A DNA stretch of 63,959 nucleotides, the filler included, from Dimargaris cristalligena (Eukaryota): the NCBI GenBank assembly GCA_003614675.1. It is 19 parts of 19 records of this genome, joined end to end, with 100 filler letters (N's around TTAATTAATTAA, not from the genome) between each part and the next. Parts side by side here need not be neighbours in the genome. Positions count along the whole stretch, not along the records: positions 1 to 3,322 come from ML003983.1; positions 3,423 to 6,735 come from ML003984.1; positions 6,836 to 10,147 come from ML003985.1; positions 10,248 to 13,549 come from ML003986.1; 15 more parts are not named here. One strand, 5' to 3'. The notes beneath the pieces were generated by a model, which was not told the origin of the DNA, did not search any database, and saw nothing but the letters and a program-made list of their open reading frames with translations. Positions within the stretch are counted from its first letter, which is position 1. Each line of letters begins with the position of its first letter. Shown here piece after piece: positions 1-11,266 of this stretch. Made by a program: the position numbers and the translations under genes.

Positions 1-108
1 TTAGGGGCAGGGGCAGGGGCTCATTCACTCGTCAGGGGTGTACTTCCAATAAGTGTGAAAAATGGATTAAAAATCAAAGTAAGTAAAAAATGTGGTAAGT
101 TCACCACA
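1..108 (-). repeat. Interspersed repeat family A (LTR-like end beginning TGTGGTGAACTTACCACA)
   Basis: Homologous copies at 3216-3322, 20283-20351, 36979-37256, 50763-51000 and 57424-57497. All share one sharp TG terminus and CCCCTG motifs, and all run into contig ends. Confidence 0.85.
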
Positions 109-908
109 GATGGTAATGTTGACAAGGAGAATATAGGGGAGTACAATCCACTTCTGATGGCCATTTCATATGATTTATTTAGGCCAACATGAACATGGGT
201 GTATTATGCCTAAGCAAAAGTGCTGGGGTGATTTTCAATATAAGCAATATTCAATTTTATACATAGATAGACTTACTTTAAGTATTGTCAACCCTCTCTA
301 AAATAAAACAAGGGAATTTGGCTTATTGGATCTGCTTATTTGAAAAGCAACATTTAAGTCAAACCCCACCTCCCACATGCTGAAATATAGGCCCTGACGG
401 GTCTTTTATTCTCACCTGTTTCTGACCAATTATGTTAGTGCATTTTGTAATTCTATAACATCTCACTTTAACCACTTAAAATACCCCCAACTAACTATAG
501 TATTCAATAAAGCAAACCACCTAGAGGAGGTACCTACTGTCCTCTAGCTGCTTCCTCCCCTTACTTCCAGTTTTATTTCTTTATATCTATATTCCAACAA
601 AAAGTTGAATAGGTGGACATGCCTATACCACTATTGAGCCATGTGGATCAGTATAACCTCCCCACCTGTGAATACTGTTTTTTAAGTTGTGGGCTACTAG
701 ATCAGTAGACGATTACATTAAAGATATTAGTAAACAGGTATTAACATGGGTTAATGCATCAGGGATATTACCAGCATGCCACCATAATGGAAGTTACCGA
801 ATATTTATGGTTTGTAGAATGTGGCTATCCAAGTTTATTTAAGTGATCTCACAACAAGTTAAAATGATATTAACTGAGGATTCATCATGACACACAGGAA
901 TTCTCTTG

Positions 909-1447
909 GGCTGTCCAGTGGTGCCCGAGGTAAACACAATGCAGGCTAAATCCGAGGAAGAGTGAGTAGTGTTGGGCTGGAATTGGCAAGTGGTTATGCT
1001 ACTATCATTGATTGTATCCACCAGAAGTAGGTGGTTGTCTTTAAATTGAACCCTATGTTGGAAATATATATTCGATGGTAAACGCAAGTGCCTTTGGATA
1101 CAAGTAAAATAATTTAAAGAAGAGAGAAAGAACCGCAAGGGGCAAGGCTAGATGCCCGCGGTTGGTTTTATTGAGTTGGATAATAGCTGTAATAATGATA
1201 AAAACGTTATTCCGAGTATAGGGTGATATAATCATAGATAGAGAATAGTCCCGGGTATTAGGACAGACCAAGTTGAGTAAAAGACTCGGAGGGGCAGGAG
1301 AAATGAATTTCCAACCCCCTATTCTTTAACACGTCTGAATGAATGTAATTAATAAACAGCCAAGGCTCTTCTAATAAGTTCCAATGTATGGTCCATGGGC
1401 TGCGTCCTTTCGGATAAGCATACTGGAATGCTCTTGGGTCTAAGCAA
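909..1447 (-). pseudogene. Adenylation-domain (NRPS/AMP-binding) fragment
   Basis: A3 motif DLACIVFTSGTTGQPK, cut directly after PK by the inverted arm. Removing the 1056-1316 insertion restores a continuous frame: CLDPRAFQYAYP...VLKNRVQFKDN...FTSGTTGQPK. Confidence 0.7.
1056..1316. mobile_element. Solo LTR with 5-bp target-site duplication
   Basis: Starts TGTTGGAAAT and ends ATTTCCAAC(C), a short terminal inverted repeat. Flanked by direct CCCTA at 1051-1055 and 1317-1321. A related end lies at about 57498-57561. Confidence 0.8.
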
Positions 1448-3322
1448 AACTGATACTACACCCCGAAATTGGGCATTTTTGCATGGCTCTGAGTGGGAGT
1501 GCACTACAGGATAATAATTCCCTAATTCATGGAATCGGTCCAAAAACTTTAGCACCGCGGGCTGAGGTTCCCTCCCGCCCCTCCATGCAACACTGCACAT
1601 ACTAAGCCTCATGTCATTGGAAAAAGTGGATCTAGTATACCACTGGGGGAGGGGGCTGGCAAACGTTGTTTTACCTTTATTAGTTTTTATTCTGACCTTG
1701 ACCCTAAAGGCGTCATGAGTTGATGGACATCACCATGTTAGTGGGACATTGGCCATTGTGGTTTGTTAGCATATCGGCTAGCTAAGGTGAAAACGTCGCT
1801 TACTATCAATGGTTTTCTACCACAGACTATTTAAGGTTAAATAACTGATTACGCCCAACCCAAACCCGCTATAAATCCAAGCAACTATCAACTGACACGG
1901 TGGTATCAAATCTCTTTGATAGTTCCTGTTTTATTATGGAAAAAAAATATATTCTAAACATCCTACCATCTATCATGTACCTAAACCACTCTATTCAACT
2001 TCGCCAAAAAATAGTAAGGGGACGCCAACTCAGCCACCTTTATATTAACCCAGAATGTTACCGGAATAGTAACTTGTATTGCATTCTTACAATCCCTTTG
2101 GATTATTTGCAGATACCATTGTCCGCTTGGTAAGGAATATTAACTACATATGGGTGAAGTTCAGCTTGGCTGTGTAAGGGTTTAACTGATATGTGTATGG
2201 GAAAATTAGTGGGATGTTTATTTTCAACTAGTAGTATTTGCCTCATCAAATAGGTTTTTTGTTATACTGCAACCAGAAGAGGCCTCTCCCCCCCATAGGA
2301 TGGAGGCCGATCCCTCCCACAGTACCTCCTATCTGAGGGAGGAAGACCCACAGGACCATGACAGAGAAAGGCCAGCCCCCCCCAATGGAAGAGGACGCCA
2401 TCCCCCCAACAGCACAAGAGAATTCCTGTGTGTCATGATGAATCCTCAGTTAATATCATTTTAACTTGTTGTGAGATCACTTAAATAAACTTGGATAGCC
2501 ACATTCTACAAACCATAAATATTCGGTAACTTCCATTATGGTGGCATGCTGGTAATATCCCTGATGCATTAACCCATGTTAATACCTGTTTACTAATATC
2601 TTTAATGTAATCGTCTACTGATCTAGTAGCCCACAACTTAAAAAACAGTATTCACAGGTGGGGAGGTTATACTGATCCACATGGCTCAATAGTGGTATAG
2701 GCATGTCCACCTATTCAACTTTTTGTTGGAATATAGATATAAAGAAATAAAACTGGAAGTAAGGGGAGGAAGCAGCTAGAGGACAGTAGGTACCTCCTCT
2801 AGGTGGTTTGCTTTATTGAATACTATAGTTAGTTGGGGGTATTTTAAGTGGTTAAAGTGAGATGTTATAGAATTACAAAATGCACTAACATAATTGGTCA
2901 GAAACAGGTGAGAATAAAAGACCCGTCAGGGCCTATATTTCAGCATGTGGGAGGTGGGGTTTGACTTAAATGTTGCTTTTCAAATAAGCAGATCCAATAA
3001 GCCAAATTCCCTTGTTTTATTTTAGAGAGGGTTGACAATACTTAAAGTAAGTCTATCTATGTATAAAATTGAATATTGCTTATATTGAAAATCACCCCAG
3101 CACTTTTGCTTAGGCATAATACACCCATGTTCATGTTGGCCTAAATAAATCATATGAAATGGCCATCAGAAGTGGATTGTACTCCCCTATATTCTCCTTG
3201 TCAACTATTACCTGGTGTGGTGAACTTACCACATTTTTTACCTACTTTTATTTTTATCTATTTTTCGCACTTATCGGAAGTACGCCCCTGACGAGTGAAT
3301 GAGCCCCTGCCCCTGCCCCTGT

Positions 3323-3422
3323 NNNNNNNNNNNNNNNNNNNNNNNNNNNNNNNNNNNNNNNNNNNNTTAATTAATTAANNNNNNNNNNNNNNNNNNNNNN
3401 NNNNNNNNNNNNNNNNNNNNNN
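3323..3422. other. Artificial contig-joining linker (first of 18)
   Basis: N44-TTAATTAATTAA-N44 with stops in all six frames. Other copies start at 6736, 10148, 13550, 16952, 20352, 23743, 27126, 30504, 33881, 37257, 40619, 43975, 47323, 50663, 54002, 57324 and 60643. Contig lengths never increase along the window. Confidence 0.99.
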
Positions 3423-3929
3423 ACAAAGTGGATTCATTTACAAATTGGCAAATGGCCTCAACTAACCCTAAACAGGGTCCCTGCAAAGGGAATAAGGTTT
3501 ACACCTTCCAGGGAAAAAGTTGAAATATTTTTTTGAAACTTTACATGTGCACGTAATATTTTTTTGGAACAGCGACCAAAAAAAGTTGTACTAAGTAGAT
3601 TGTTCTGAAATTAGGCCAGGGGCCTGGTTTGTGTCGGTAGTTTGGCAGGGTAAAGTATCAGAGTGATCACATCAAATGGGGATTTATTTTTATAGGTATA
3701 TATTTACATGTACTTTCTGCTCGTTTTTCACAAACCTCGACTTTTAGACATGAATATCTCAGCACTGTACTAAGTAAATACACTCCATTTTTTCGCAGGA
3801 CGTTGATCTAAAACAGGGCCATGCCCTGTTAGAGAGGAGAGCAAATCACACCAACCCATGCCCAGAAATAACCCTCTAAAGTTGGCCAAAAACCTACCGC
3901 AAATGGCATAACGATTTTAAAACCCATTT

Positions 3930-4500
3930 ATCTCAGCAAGTAGTATATGAAAGCACCCCTGGAATTTAATTCCTGCTATGCAAACGCCCCCTAATTGATG
4001 CGCTAGGAAGGGTTTTGAAGTGATTAGAGTATGTTTGAGGCATGTATATTTATCAATAAATAACTCGACAAGTAGCATATGAAACCACCCCTGGGATTTA
4101 ATTCCTACTATGCAAACCCCCCCGAATTGATGCACTACGATGTATTTGGAAGCGATTCGTGCATGTTTTGGACATGCACTTTTACACATGAATAACTCGG
4201 AAAGTAGCATATGAAACCACCCCTAATAATTAATTCCTACTATGCAAACCCCCCCGAATTGATGCACTACAATGTATTTGGAAGCGATTCGTGCATGTTT
4301 TGGACATGCACTTTTACACATGAATAACTCGGAAAGTAGCATATGAAACCACCCCTGAAAATTAATTCCTACTATGCAAACCCCCCCTGCTTAAGGTACT
4401 GGGGTGTATTTCAAAGCGATTGGAGCACTTTTTAAAATGTCAAAAAAACCCAACTTTTGAGGCCGTTTTTCTCAGCAAGTAGTATATGAAAGGGCACTTG
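3930..4500. repeat. Tandem array of about 131-bp units
   Basis: AGTAGCATATGAAACCACCC...AATTCCTACTATGCAAACCCCCC recurs near 3938, 4071, 4203 and 4334, with degenerate copies near 4478 and 4630. Confidence 0.9.
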
Positions 4501-4964
4501 GGCATGAAATCCTACTAATTAAACCACCCCTAAACTACCCCCCCATGTGTTCAAAACCCCGAAATTCCATGATTTTAAAAACCCATTTTGGCTTACCCCT
4601 GAATTATTTTGAACGGCTTTTTCTCAGGATTGAGTATATGAAATAGGGGTTAAGATTAAAATCCTGGGAGACAACCGACCCTGAACTAAATTCTATTAAA
4701 GTTTCAGCCCCATTGGGGCTGAAAAGTGGCATGGGATTTTGCCCGTTTTGGGGGACCTAGAGACGGCCATATCTCCACAGTGAGTATAGTTAACCCCATC
4801 TGAAAAGTTAATAGCTGCTTGAAAAAGGAGTCTTTTATGCCCTAGAAGTGTTTAATTCATTCTAGCTTTATTTGGAAGCCCACACGAATCGCCCCCAAGT
4901 GGGCGTTTTCGTGGCATCAGATGTTGCCCCGCGCACAAATTTACTATGTAAATTTTATAAGTGC

Positions 4965-5400
4965 GATAACTCCATGGGGGTTATAGCTAACCCCCCTCTA
5001 TTTTTTCAGAGGGTTTAGGAAACACCCCCATCTATGCCCGGAAAGGGTTACAAGCAACTCACAAGCACTTTGTTGCTTAGTTGACTAGGCCCTCCCGCAA
5101 ACGCGCACGCGCGTACTGCGAACTCAATACAAATCACCCAATAACTTCATGGGGGTTATAGCTAACCCCCCAAATCCTTTTAAAAGGGCTTAGGAAACAC
5201 CCCCATCTATGCCCCCAAAGGGTTATCACCCTCCCTTTAACACCTTGGTTTTTATTCCACAATCCCCCCCGCAAACACATACGCGCGGCCCGCAATCTCC
5301 GATCTTAACCCTCTATAACTCCATGGGAGTTATAGCTAACCCCCTCCAATATTAAATCCCTGCTATCCAAACACCCCAATAAACCCAACCATACATTTAC
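4965..5400. repeat. Three about 175-bp units headed by ATAACTCCATGGGGGTTATAGCTAACCCCC
   Basis: Motif at 4966, 5141 and 5315, each followed by AAACACCCC. The head can form overlapping hairpins. Confidence 0.85.
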
Positions 5401-6048
5401 CTGCCTTCCTTTCTGACTTTTTCCGCTACCAAAAAATACTTCGTCCCCATAATTCCGACTTATCTGCCAATTTAACCCCCCCCAATATTAAAATCCTACT
5501 ATGTAAACCCCCCCGAAATACCCCGAATCAACCCTGACAAACCCGCTAACCCTAAAATTCCTCTTTTTCCCCACTTTCAACCTTTAATAACTCCGCCACG
5601 GTTAGGGCTAGAGCTTCCAAATTTGGCAGGCATGCGGGGGCCATGTGGCCCCTGCTGCCTGCAAAATTTGGTGGCGATAGTCCCACCGTGGGTAAAGTTA
5701 TTCCACTTTAAAACTTTCTATCCCACAATTTATCAATATTCCCCCTTTTTTTACTTATACTAGCCCTTTCCCTGCCCCTCCTAGCCTCGCGCGAGCCTTC
5801 ACACGGAGTTGGACCACACTTGGCCTGGCTGGTTATATTAATTAGGGGAGGGAGGGAGCGAGTGCTCCCCTCCCTTCTTTTTTTTATGACCCGGATTCCT
5901 CCCTGGGGTGCCTAAATGGCTAGATAGAACCCCCCGGAGGTTAATTCCGAGCTCCGAATATTATCCCCACCCACACCCCCCGATACATCCCTTGCGGAGC
6001 ACGAAGTTGCTCTATAACACGAACGAGTTAATTAGTAATGTCGAGAAA

Positions 6049-6118
6049 GGGCTCAGTAGTATAACGATATGCGCCCCTACTCTCATGCTCGACGTCGCGG
6101 GTTCGAATCTGGTCATTT
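6049..6118 (+). pseudogene. tRNA-like sequence (Pol III A/B box remnant)
   Basis: A-box-like TAGTATAACG, CTCAT in an anticodon-like position, B box GGTTCGAATC at tRNA spacing, then TTTT. The stems pair poorly. Confidence 0.45.
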
Positions 6119-6259
6119 TACATAAAATTTATAAATAAAATATGGTTTATTAGGAGTTAGCGTGCGGTACATAGGAGATACATAGTAATAAATAATCACA
6201 TAGTAAAAAATACTTAGCGGAAATTCGAAGAAGACATAGTAATAATGAGTGACGATACA

Positions 6260-6735
6260 TATAAAAGGTTAAAGGAATGCCACGACCATAGTAAGAGAGG
6301 TTAAAGGAATGGTAATAAAAGAGCGAAATACATAGAAATAGGTGGTAAAGGAATAGGAATAAAAGGGCGAGGTACACCAAAGAGTGGTAAAGGAATAGGA
6401 ATAAAAGGGCGAAGTACAAGGGAAAAGGGTAAAGGAATAGAAATAAAAGGGTAAAGGAATAGAAATAAAAGGGCGAAGTACAAGGGAAAAAGGGTAAAGG
6501 AATGGTAAAGAGATAGGAAAAAAGTGGCAAAGTACAAGGAAGATGGTAAAGGAATAGCCACCCCAGTAAAATTGACATACAAATATTTGGACGAACTTTT
6601 TTGTTTTTTGTTAAAGGAATGGCCGCTACAGGCTTATAAAAGGTTAAAGGAATGGCCCGCCCCATAGTTAAGCGGCCTTTACTATGGCCGCCCATACTAA
6701 ACGGGCCTTAACTATGGGGCCCCATAGTAAACGGG
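6260..6735. repeat. Purine-rich TAAAGGAAT minisatellite followed by CCCATAGT/ACTATGG inverted motifs
   Basis: About ten TAAAGGAAT units. Palindrome ACTATGGGGCCCCATAGT near the contig end. Confidence 0.85.
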
Positions 6736-6837
6736 NNNNNNNNNNNNNNNNNNNNNNNNNNNNNNNNNNNNNNNNNNNNTTAATTAATTAANNNNNNNNN
6801 NNNNNNNNNNNNNNNNNNNNNNNNNNNNNNNNNNNTG

Positions 6838-7461
6838 AACTGTGCCGACGTGAAGATTGATGGTAAGGCAGGCGGCAAGCTTTCGGGGCCAGAGATTGTA
6901 ATTGCCAACTACCCCGGTGGTGTCACTATCGGCGAGTTCCTTAGCGGTACGAACGACGGCAGCGAGTACTATCCCGGTGGCAGTAGTAGCAGTAGTAAGA
7001 CCACCGCAGCTAGCGATTATGAAGAGGCGGAGTCAGCCCCGGCCAAGTCGACTACTACCAAGTCCAGCAGTGTTACTAAAAGCACTTCCACTTCAGCCGA
7101 CGACAGCGACGCCAGTGCGACCACTGCCGATGAGCCTACTGCCGCTACAGATGACAGCACCACGACCAAAACCAGCAGCAGTACTAAAAGCTCCGCCACT
7201 TCGACCAGCGACGACGAATCCAGTGCGACCACCACAGAAGAGAGCACCAAAACCAAGTCCCCTTCAAGCAAAGCCACCAACTCTGCGAGATCCAGCACCG
7301 AAACTTCTGGCCCGGCCTGTAAATCTGCCGGGACATCGCCTGATATCATCGTGATGCTTCGGGGCCAGGAAATTGTTACCTCTTGTTCCGGGGGGCAGGT
7401 GTGTAATAATACTAACGGAGTGGGGGCTTTCTGTGACACGCCTAAGGCGGATACGGCCTAG
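6838..7461 (+). CDS. 3' part of an AA11-like lytic polysaccharide monooxygenase with S/T linker and C-terminal Cys module (5' truncated)
   Basis: (M)NCADVKI...EIVIANYPG..TIGEF resembles the end of fungal chitin-active AA11-type domains (EFYMNCAD motif). Followed by an S/T/D-rich linker and a 4-Cys CBM19-like tail. Confidence 0.7.
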   Translation, partial: NCADVKIDGKAGGKLSGPEIVIANYPGGVTIGEFLSGTNDGSEYYPGGSSSSSKTTAASDYEEAESAPAKSTTTKSSSVTKSTSTSADDSDASATTADEPTAATDDSTTTKTSSSTKSSATSTSDDESSATTTEESTKTKSPSSKATNSARSSTETSGPACKSAGTSPDIIVMLRGQEIVTSCSGGQVCNNTNGVGAFCDTPKADTA

Positions 7462-8142
7462 TTTATATCAGTTCGTCTAATCCTTCAAGGTATACTTACC
7501 TACCTCTTGGTTTTGATCGATGGGGTTAATGCGGTATTTCTTTTGTCGTTTTTATGGAAATTCCCGATATCCTAGTAAATTCAATAAGAGGGGCCACCCT
7601 CTCTGCGATAGCCGAGTCTATCATTCTGGATGGCTTCTCGGGTTATGAAACATGTCAAAGAACTGGCTTCCACGACATTGCCCGTTACAGGACACGCCCC
7701 TTCGGACTATTGGCTGTTTGATTTTTTCACATTTTTTTAGGTAATTAGTTATATATTTATTATAGCATTGCTGGCATTCGGCAAGGTTGATTCTATTGAA
7801 CCAACCAAATACATGTAACAGAAGCTGTGCTTCCTCACTTATCACTTCTAAGTAGACCACAAATCCTGCAGTGACAATATATAAATTATGAATATATATT
7901 TTATTTTGGGTTAGGTAGCTCATTGGGGGCAGTGAAGGTTGATTTATGGCTAATAGCTTATCAAATATTGTGCTGCTGGCCACTATCTCAAATTAGGCAA
8001 ATGCTTTCAGATTATGGATTATAGGTATACATTTTCATTAATCCCTCTAGTGGACTATTTACCATGTAGTCAGGGGTGGGGTATATTCTTTTTACAAGAT
8101 GATGTTTATAATATTGAAATGACTTAAGATGTATCAATAAAG

Positions 8143-8722
8143 TGTCACCTGGGTTAACCACTCATAGTCTGTCAAGAGTCTTAAGGACAGGCTTCTAATA
8201 GTAGGTGGGGCTTAGACTTGGCCAAGCAGGCTACTAGTATCAGATACAGGTACAGTACTAACTAATAAAGGCTATGGTAGGTATGTATAAGGGGATATGC
8301 AGTGGGTACACTTACTAGTCAGTACAAGGGGGTAAGTATATATAGAGTTTATTGGGGTAAACTGGGGGTAAGAATAAGCTATAGAATCTAACTAGTCCTA
8401 ATGGGGCCCAGTTATATATACATAGGGACAACTCTAGTAGGAGGTCCTGAGGGAAGAATACTACTAAGGCTATGGTATAAGTAAATAAGTTAACCAGATG
8501 GTAACTGGTATCTATAAGACTCTAATGGTAACTGGAAGAGTCTTTGGATTAGTACTTGAGTGATTAGTACAAAGGGGCAGGGTCCAAAAGGGGAAGGGAT
8601 ATATGATATAGGATGACCCCATAGTACTGGGGGTGACTATGGGAAGGTTAATATGGTGCCATAAAGCCTAATAGGGATGGATATGAAGGCATCTGGATTA
8701 AGGAGGATTAGATAGTCTAACA
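8143..8722 (-). mobile_element. LTR-like repeat family C (TG...CA)
   Basis: Terminus TGTCACC(C/T)GGGTTAACCACTC or the homologous body is shared with copies at about 13130-13447, 20119-20282, 27226-27445, 33981-34104, 46519-46860, 47017-47322 and 57566-57680. Internal TATA and AATAAA lie on one strand. Confidence 0.8.
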
Positions 8723-10582
8723 AATATTACAAAGCTAGACTAAACCTCACCTATATGCATTTAGTTGTCCAATGGGCAAGAAGAAACCCAAGACAGTGTG
8801 TATAATAAATATAGGGTGCATTAAATACTGTAATTAAACATAAGGGGTAAATATAAGATTACATTAACTAAAATGAAATTACTGAGAAAGCTGTGGTAAA
8901 CCTATGGAATACACCCTTTTTTGCTTTTTTTTTATATTAAAATGTGACGCAGAAATAAATGTTATTGAACTGTGGGCGTATATATTATCTAGTTTCTTTA
9001 AAAAAACCCCCCGCCTATAAATACGGGATATACATTTCCAAACCCATCTGGCCTACACATTAGCAACATTACATACTTCGGCAGCTCTAAATTTTACACA
9101 ATAATTATTTAGTTGGCTGCAATACATTGGCCAAGATAAAGTTCAACACAAATCGATACCTTTTTTAAAAAAAATTGGTCTCGAGGATTGCTACTCACTC
9201 ATATCAACTAGCCCATCTCAAATGCATTTCATTCGGCGCCTGCTTTACCATTATCAACCCCTGTGCCTTAAATTGTTATACCATTGTTAAACGACTGTGG
9301 TCCAGATCCCGTGGTTGGCGGCAAAAAAAGGTCCCGTATAAGTCTGCCCCAATATTGTAAGATGTTGGTGGTGGATGGTGAAAGTGGCTTAGTATTCGTA
9401 CTAAAAATCAAGGGGGGGGTTGAGTGTGAGGGACAAAGAAGTAGCCGGCACACCAATACAATGATGGGGATCGCTGGGTTGTACGGGAAGGGGTAATTGA
9501 TTATCATTCAAATTTTTAACCACCCCCCTTGCTGTAGACAAAGGCAGATTGACAAAAGGGTCCCAGGCATCGGTGACCCATGTCAATGTAGGGACATCCG
9601 CAAATCGTCGTTAAGTATTTTGGAAAATCGGCATGTTCGGCTAATAGGACATTTCGTTAAACCTTGAAAATATGTGGTTTTATAGCTCTATCTTCGACAC
9701 CACCAATCTCTATTCCCACATCCCGCACACACACAATGATAGAGGTAAATTCTTTGTTCATAAATTTACATCCTTATAAATAGCGCCCGCCCCGCCTACC
9801 TCATTTTAAAATCATCACCATTTAAACCATTACTTCGCTGATACTTGTTGACATCCGCTCTATTTAGGATATTTAATAGCTAGCTGCTATATTATACATT
9901 GTTGGCTTTTATACATCTAGTCCTTCCTATATTAATTTTACTAGTACCGGTTTTACTAACCTTCGGTATTTCTAACATTACAGTCATTCCTTTACCTATC
10001 CCTGTTCTTTCGCCTTATTAAGGTTTCATGTTGGATACTTAGTTCACCGTGCTGGCTGCATAGATTATTTGCCTCATTCCTTTCCAAACCATTATTATTC
10101 CATAGTACACTTTCACTCTCTCCCAACCATTTCAATTCGCTAGAGAANNNNNNNNNNNNNNNNNNNNNNNNNNNNNNNNNNNNNNNNNNNNTTAATTAAT
10201 TAANNNNNNNNNNNNNNNNNNNNNNNNNNNNNNNNNNNNNNNNNNNNATCTTAACCAGTGCCCCTAAAATGCAAAACAGTATGAATGTCACTTAGACATT
10301 CAAACAGGGGCTGTGGTTTTTTGTACTTCATCATTCATCCAGGAACCTTTGAATATAATCCACCCAGTATACACAATACCACATTATACAATTCCCCATA
10401 GTAAGTCGGGAATAATAGCATTGTCTTTTTAGACATGTGTGGCATCCAGTACCCTAGTTTAGGGACAAAGTTCCCAATGCCAGATTTCCCGTATCCATGG
10501 TGGTTATTCATTGTTTATGAGTCAAAATACCTTCACTCCAACCTATGCCAAGTATACCATCCCAGTTGAAACAGCAAGAAGG

Positions 10583-10806
10583 TGTTGGAATACTAAGGAC
10601 TTAAAGGAAATAAAACTGGAAGAAAGGGAAGAAAGTAGCTAGAGGATGGTAGGTGCCTCTAGGTGGTTAGTTTTATTGAACTGTAATTTTCTGTGGGGTG
10701 AAATGTAAGTAGCTAATATGAATGATCTTATGATAGCAGAATAAACTAACATAATTGGATGAAAATAGGATAGGATAAAGAATATGTAGGAATATATTCT
10801 TCAACA
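10583..10806. mobile_element. Solo LTR-like family B (about 224 bp, TGTTGG...TCAACA)
   Basis: Homologues at 2724-2945 (mirrored in the left inverted arm), about 46865-47005 (partial) and 61979-62202 (reverse). Confidence 0.8.
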
Positions 10807-10870
10807 CATGTTGGGTGCATTTGGGTAGTGAATTTCGGCTATCTAGAATGCAATAGATAACCTATGTGAA

Positions 10871-11266
10871 GTGCTGGCTATTTGCTTACAGATGGGAAGA
10901 GGACACAATGTTAGCAGACTTACACTTGGTATTCTTGAAAACGCCAGCAAGGCTCTTGCTAATGGACACATTGTTTGTAGCAAATCACATATTTATAATG
11001 GTCGATGTGATATTATCGTAGAGCTCCAACACGTTGGGAAGCCGATAATAATCATCAAGTGTAAGAGCAATGAAGCTTGTGAGGGTATTGAAAGAATACA
11101 ATTAGGTGCATATATGCTCAATGGTAATTTACCCCACGGCCTGTTGATGTATCCCGACTGTACTCTCCACTTTTTTCTGGACAATGAGGGGGTACCTGTA
11201 CTGATCCTTACATATACCCATGTTAACAACTTGGATGCACTTGTATCTGCCGTGTGGTATATGTAG
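10871..11266 (+). pseudogene. Degenerate PD-(D/E)XK restriction-endonuclease-fold domain
   Basis: GRCDIIV...IIIIKCK...QLGAYM...HGLLM fits the D...ExK...QxxY pattern. The catalytic E position reads AAG (K). No ATG start. Confidence 0.55.

Larger units (their letters stand above)
118..3205. repeat. 791-bp inverted duplication (118-908 vs 2415-3205)
   Basis: The arms read as exact reverse complements, and end coordinates sum to 3323 at both ends (no net indel). Confidence 0.95.

Noticed and set aside
3917-4210. 97-aa ORF with an internal repeat
   Set aside because: A by-product of the 131-bp tandem units; the frame is not kept across the array.
6150-6695. 181-aa hydrophobic ORF
   Set aside because: Translation of the pyrimidine-rich strand of a minisatellite.
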